From an uncultured Fusobacteriaceae bacterium (GTDB taxonomy: Bacteria > Fusobacteriota > Fusobacteriia > Fusobacteriales > Fusobacteriaceae): a stretch of DNA of 59,553 bases. Location of the stretch: positions 1 through 59,553 of the forward strand of contig CAZHXU010000001.1 of NCBI GenBank assembly GCA_964536535.1. The letters run 5' to 3'. The position numbers were made by a program, and so were the translations under genes. This document shows, in pieces, positions 56,466 to 59,553 of this stretch; positions within the stretch are counted from its first letter, which is position 1; every line of letters begins with the position of its first letter. Below the pieces are notes generated by a model. It was not told the origin of the DNA and ran no database searches. It saw only the letters and a program-made list of their open reading frames with translations.

Positions 56466-57539
56466 TTAGTTATGTCTTTTTTCTAAAATGTAACTATCAT
56501 TAATACTATTTATTTCGCTCAAGTAGTTACTTACTAAAATACTAGTTTTGTAAGGTAATTCATAAGCAGTTTCATTTCCAAAAGCAAAATAAATTCCTTT
56601 TCCTTCTTTTATATATTTTGGAATAACAACTGTATATTCTCTTCTTTCATCTACTAAACTACCTTCTACTTTTACTTCCTTTAACTTCCCATTTTTATTT
56701 CGTTCAAATATCAAACCAGCACTATGTAAAAATTCACGGTGGTTTGGAGGTAGAAGTAAAAAGTTTTCTACTAATTCTACTAATTTATCCCCTCTAATCC
56801 TAGTAAGATAAAGTTCTTCTTCTTTTATTACTCTTTTAATATCTTTATATTTTATTTGTCCAATTTCAATTACATTATCAAAAGCTAAACCTGGCATCAA
56901 AACAACTTCGCTGCCAACATAGTCTTTTATACTATCTACTACTATTTGTGCACCCAAGTTTTCCATTCTATTACTATATGTAAAATCAAGTGTTTTTAAT
57001 GTCGTACCTACTTCAAGATTTTCATTTGAATTTAGCCTATCTTGTAAACTTTCAAGTGGCATCAAAGAATGTATCATATCTTTTTCTATAATAACTAATT
57101 TATCCAAGTTGTTTTCAGATAAAACTCTTTTAGTAACATCTTCAAAACCATCTTCTTTATGAGAATAGTATCTTACTAAATTATTTTTCCCATCTCTTAC
57201 TTCCTCTAATTTTTCTCCATTTTTTTCATAATACCAACTTATTCTTTTTATTTCATTATTTTTATCTTTAAATATTACTATACTTATTTCTCCATTGTTA
57301 TAAAAGTACTCTTCTACTCCCAGTAATACTTCCTCTTCCAATACTTCATAAACATTTCCTTTTGATACTGTACCATCTTTATCTTTAACATAAATTACTT
57401 TTCTAAGTAATTCACCAAAATTATTATAATAATTTTTCCCAATAACTTTTTCATCTTCAAAGATATCGTCTGTTCTATATATTCCTACTTGTCCAAAAGA
57501 CACAGCAGAAATTAGTAACAAAGTTATTAATATTCTCAT
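56466..57539 (-). CDS. Secreted protein: MORN/YwqK-like repeats + 5'-nucleotidase C-terminal-like domain
   Basis: Start placed at ATG 57539 (MRILITLLLISAVSFGQ) after GGGAGG. Repeats of the type YYNNFGELLRKVIY / YFYNNGEISIVIF / YYEKNGEKLEEV. C-terminal half (GQIKYKDIKRVI..LTRIRGDKLVELVE) resembles 5_nucleotid_C. Confidence 0.45.
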   Translation of the reverse strand: MRILITLLLISAVSFGQVGIYRTDDIFEDEKVIGKNYYNNFGELLRKVIYVKDKDGTVSKGNVYEVLEEEVLLGVEEYFYNNGEISIVIFKDKNNEIKRISWYYEKNGEKLEEVRDGKNNLVRYYSHKEDGFEDVTKRVLSENNLDKLVIIEKDMIHSLMPLESLQDRLNSNENLEVGTTLKTLDFTYSNRMENLGAQIVVDSIKDYVGSEVVLMPGLAFDNVIEIGQIKYKDIKRVIKEEELYLTRIRGDKLVELVENFLLLPPNHREFLHSAGLIFERNKNGKLKEVKVEGSLVDERREYTVVIPKYIKEGKGIYFAFGNETAYELPYKTSILVSNYLSEINSINDSYILEKRHN

Positions 57540-57780
57540 GTCTATTCCTCCCACTCATTTTTTTATATTATCGACCAAATACCTATAATACTTAACTTTA
57601 TTCTACTTAGCTTAAGTATATTATATACAAATTAGTACTTTTTCAAATAATTTTTCCTTTATTTTTTATTTTAACAGATTTTTTTCAAAAAAACGTACTT
57701 GTTTTTATATAAGGTATTTTGTTTCTAGGCATTTTGTGTTATTATAGTGTGGTGAAAGATGATATCTCTAAGGAGGAATT

Positions 57781-59169
57781 ATGAGTATTTTTAACAAAAT
57801 GCAGAAACTAGGAAAAGCTCTTATGCTTCCAATTGCTATCCTTCCTATTGCTGCAATATTAGATAGATTAGGCGGGGATTTACTAAAAATAAATTTTATT
57901 CAAGCAAGTGGTTCAACACTTATAAACCCAGATAATTTAACCCATTTATTTGCTGTTGGAGTAGGTATTGGACTAGCAAAAGGAAATGCAGGTGCTGCTG
58001 GGCTTTCAAGTTTAGCTGCCAATTTTATTCTTATTGCTGGTGCAAAGAGTATAAATGCAGATATTGATATGGGTGTTTTAAGTGGTTTTATTAGTGGTTT
58101 TATTGGAAGTAGTATGTATAACAAATATCACTCAAAAGAATTACCCGAATCTTTTGGTTTTTTTGGAAAAGAAAAATTTGCTGCAATAATGACTATTATT
58201 TATTCTGTTTTTTTAGCTGGTTTATTTGGAGTAATGTGGCCAAATTTACAGAGAATAATTGATAATATAGGAATTACTGCTGCCAACTCAAATTCTATGG
58301 GGCCATTTGTTTTTGGTTTTTTAAATAGATTACTTATACCATTAGGTTTACATCAAGTTATTAACTCTATATTTTTCCATCAGTTAGGAACTTTTGTTAC
58401 ATCTTCTGGTGAAGTAATAACTGGAGATTATTTTAGATTTTTAGCAGGAGACCCTCTTGCTGGAAAATATCTTGCAGGTTTTTATCCTGTTATGATGTTT
58501 GGTTTACCTGGTGCTTGTTTAGCTATGTATCTTAGTGCTAAAAAAGAAAATAGAAAAAAAGTTGCTGGTTTATTACTTACAGTATCTTTAACTTCTTTTT
58601 TAACTGGTATTACTGAACCTCTAGAATTTAGTTTTATGTTTATAGCTCCATTATTATATCTTATACACGCTATACTAACAGGACTAAGTTTAGCACTTAC
58701 TAATTATATGGGTGTTCTACATGGTTTTGCTTTTTCTGGTGGTTTTATAGATTTTGTAACAAATAGCTCAAAAGCAACTAATGCTTCTGCTATTATACTA
58801 ATTGGATTTTTCTTTTTCCTTATATATTTCATTATTTTTTATTTTACTATAAACAAGTTTAACTTAAAAACTCCTGGAAGAGAGTTGGTTACTAAAGAAG
58901 ATAAAAAAGAGAAAAAAGAAGATAAAAAAGATGATATTATTTCTTTAACACCAAAAATAGTTTTAGCTCTAGGTGGAAGACAAAATATTATATCTACAGA
59001 TGCCTGTATTACTAGACTTAGGTTGGAGCTTATTAATAGAGATTTAGTAGATATAAACGAACTTAAGAAACTTGGTTCAAAAGGAGTTATCAAATCTGGA
59101 AAAACTAGTATACAAGTTATCTATGGCTCTAAAGCTAAAGATATTGCAAAAGCAATAAAAAACCTATAA
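57781..59169 (+). CDS. PTS EIICB component, glucose/N-acetylglucosamine family
   Basis: MQKLGKALMLPIAILPIAAIL N-terminus, GITEPLEFSFMF motif, C-terminal EIIB with ACITRLRL phospho-Cys motif. Confidence 0.9.
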   Translation: MSIFNKMQKLGKALMLPIAILPIAAILDRLGGDLLKINFIQASGSTLINPDNLTHLFAVGVGIGLAKGNAGAAGLSSLAANFILIAGAKSINADIDMGVLSGFISGFIGSSMYNKYHSKELPESFGFFGKEKFAAIMTIIYSVFLAGLFGVMWPNLQRIIDNIGITAANSNSMGPFVFGFLNRLLIPLGLHQVINSIFFHQLGTFVTSSGEVITGDYFRFLAGDPLAGKYLAGFYPVMMFGLPGACLAMYLSAKKENRKKVAGLLLTVSLTSFLTGITEPLEFSFMFIAPLLYLIHAILTGLSLALTNYMGVLHGFAFSGGFIDFVTNSSKATNASAIILIGFFFFLIYFIIFYFTINKFNLKTPGRELVTKEDKKEKKEDKKDDIISLTPKIVLALGGRQNIISTDACITRLRLELINRDLVDINELKKLGSKGVIKSGKTSIQVIYGSKAKDIAKAIKNL

Positions 59170-59203
59170 TTTTGATAAAAATTTATTAATATTTATATTT
59201 AAA

Positions 59204-59300
59204 ATTGAAGACAAAGGACTATTTTTTAAGAATTTAGTCCTTTTTTTATGAAATAAAAGTTTTTCATTATTCTTTTTTACTTTTGTCTTGATACAAAAGC
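59204..59300 (+). repeat. Dispersed ~100-nt repeat, copy B (includes the PTS gene terminator hairpin 59213-59247)
   Basis: ATTGAAGACAAAGGACTA-loop-TAGTCCTTTTTTT...CTTTTGTCTTGATACAAAAG. Aligns with the reverse complement of 36421-36519. Confidence 0.8.
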
Positions 59301-59553
59301 AACCAACACTAAATTTCAAAACTCGCTCTTAGGAGCTCAAACAGCTCACAATTCTTAACGTTCATTTCCTTAAACAATCTAATTTTTTTATAAGTGTAAA
59401 GAACTTATTATTCCTTTAAAATTACCCTTTATTGCTTGTTTTAATATGTGCATCGTTCGACTAAAGGCATAAATACCTAAGTCTCACTAAATCTGCGGTA
59501 AAAGAAATTAGAGAAAAAATAAAATTTATTTAAATAAATTTCTTTAGAACAAA

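Noticed and set aside
59301-59553. ORF-free 250-nt tail of the window with slightly higher complexity (..GGAGCTCAAACAGCTC.., ..CGTTCGACTAAAGGC..)
   Set aside because: I could not recognise any tRNA, rRNA, riboswitch or leader signature, and the region is cut by the window edge. It is left unannotated.

Overview
AT-rich bacterial chromosome segment with about 55 genes. All but four are on the minus strand, packed into long co-directional arrays with very short or overlapping junctions. I saw no rRNA, tRNA, CRISPR array, transposase or integrase. The gene content is diderm (ExbB/ExbD/TonB, outer-membrane barrel, lipoproteins) but the synteny is Firmicute-like (DUF2232-rplI-dnaB, apt-relA). That fits a Fusobacteriota-like organism, or possibly a Brachyspira-like spirochaete; this is inference only. 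Housekeeping genes recognised from motifs: dnaB, rplI, dnaX, tgt, relA/spoT, apt, ndk, ychF, accB, a U32 peptidase, a PTS EIICB and three paralogous BMP-family lipoproteins. Most notable: (1) a nine-gene, translationally coupled lipid or metabolite cluster at 6734-15747 with its own promoter and an upstream terminator. It encodes a UbiA prenyltransferase, a short OYE flavoenzyme, ACP, an alpha-oxoamine synthase, a DAGK-type lipid kinase, a PurM/ThiL-like ATP enzyme, a KAS, an SDR and a radical SAM. I cannot match it to any described pathway. (2) A Ton/Tol-like envelope module at 23149-30293 (DUF116, 944-aa TPR, apparently plug-less barrel, ExbB, ExbD, TonB/TolA-like), followed by an NtrC-type ATPase that has lost GAFTGA. 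(3) A tandem glycine riboswitch with a consensus promoter in front of the uncharacterised ACT(UPF0237)/UPF0210 gene pair. (4) A 928-codon open frame at the left edge that is missing from the ORF track and has a lysozyme-like N-terminus. (5) Non-coding oddities: a pyrimidine-rich repeat tract, a consensus promoter plus 32-codon leader ORF plus terminator ahead of one BMP gene, and a dispersed ~100-nt repeat that carries a recurrent AGGACTA hairpin. All functional calls come from motif recognition by eye; no searches were run.
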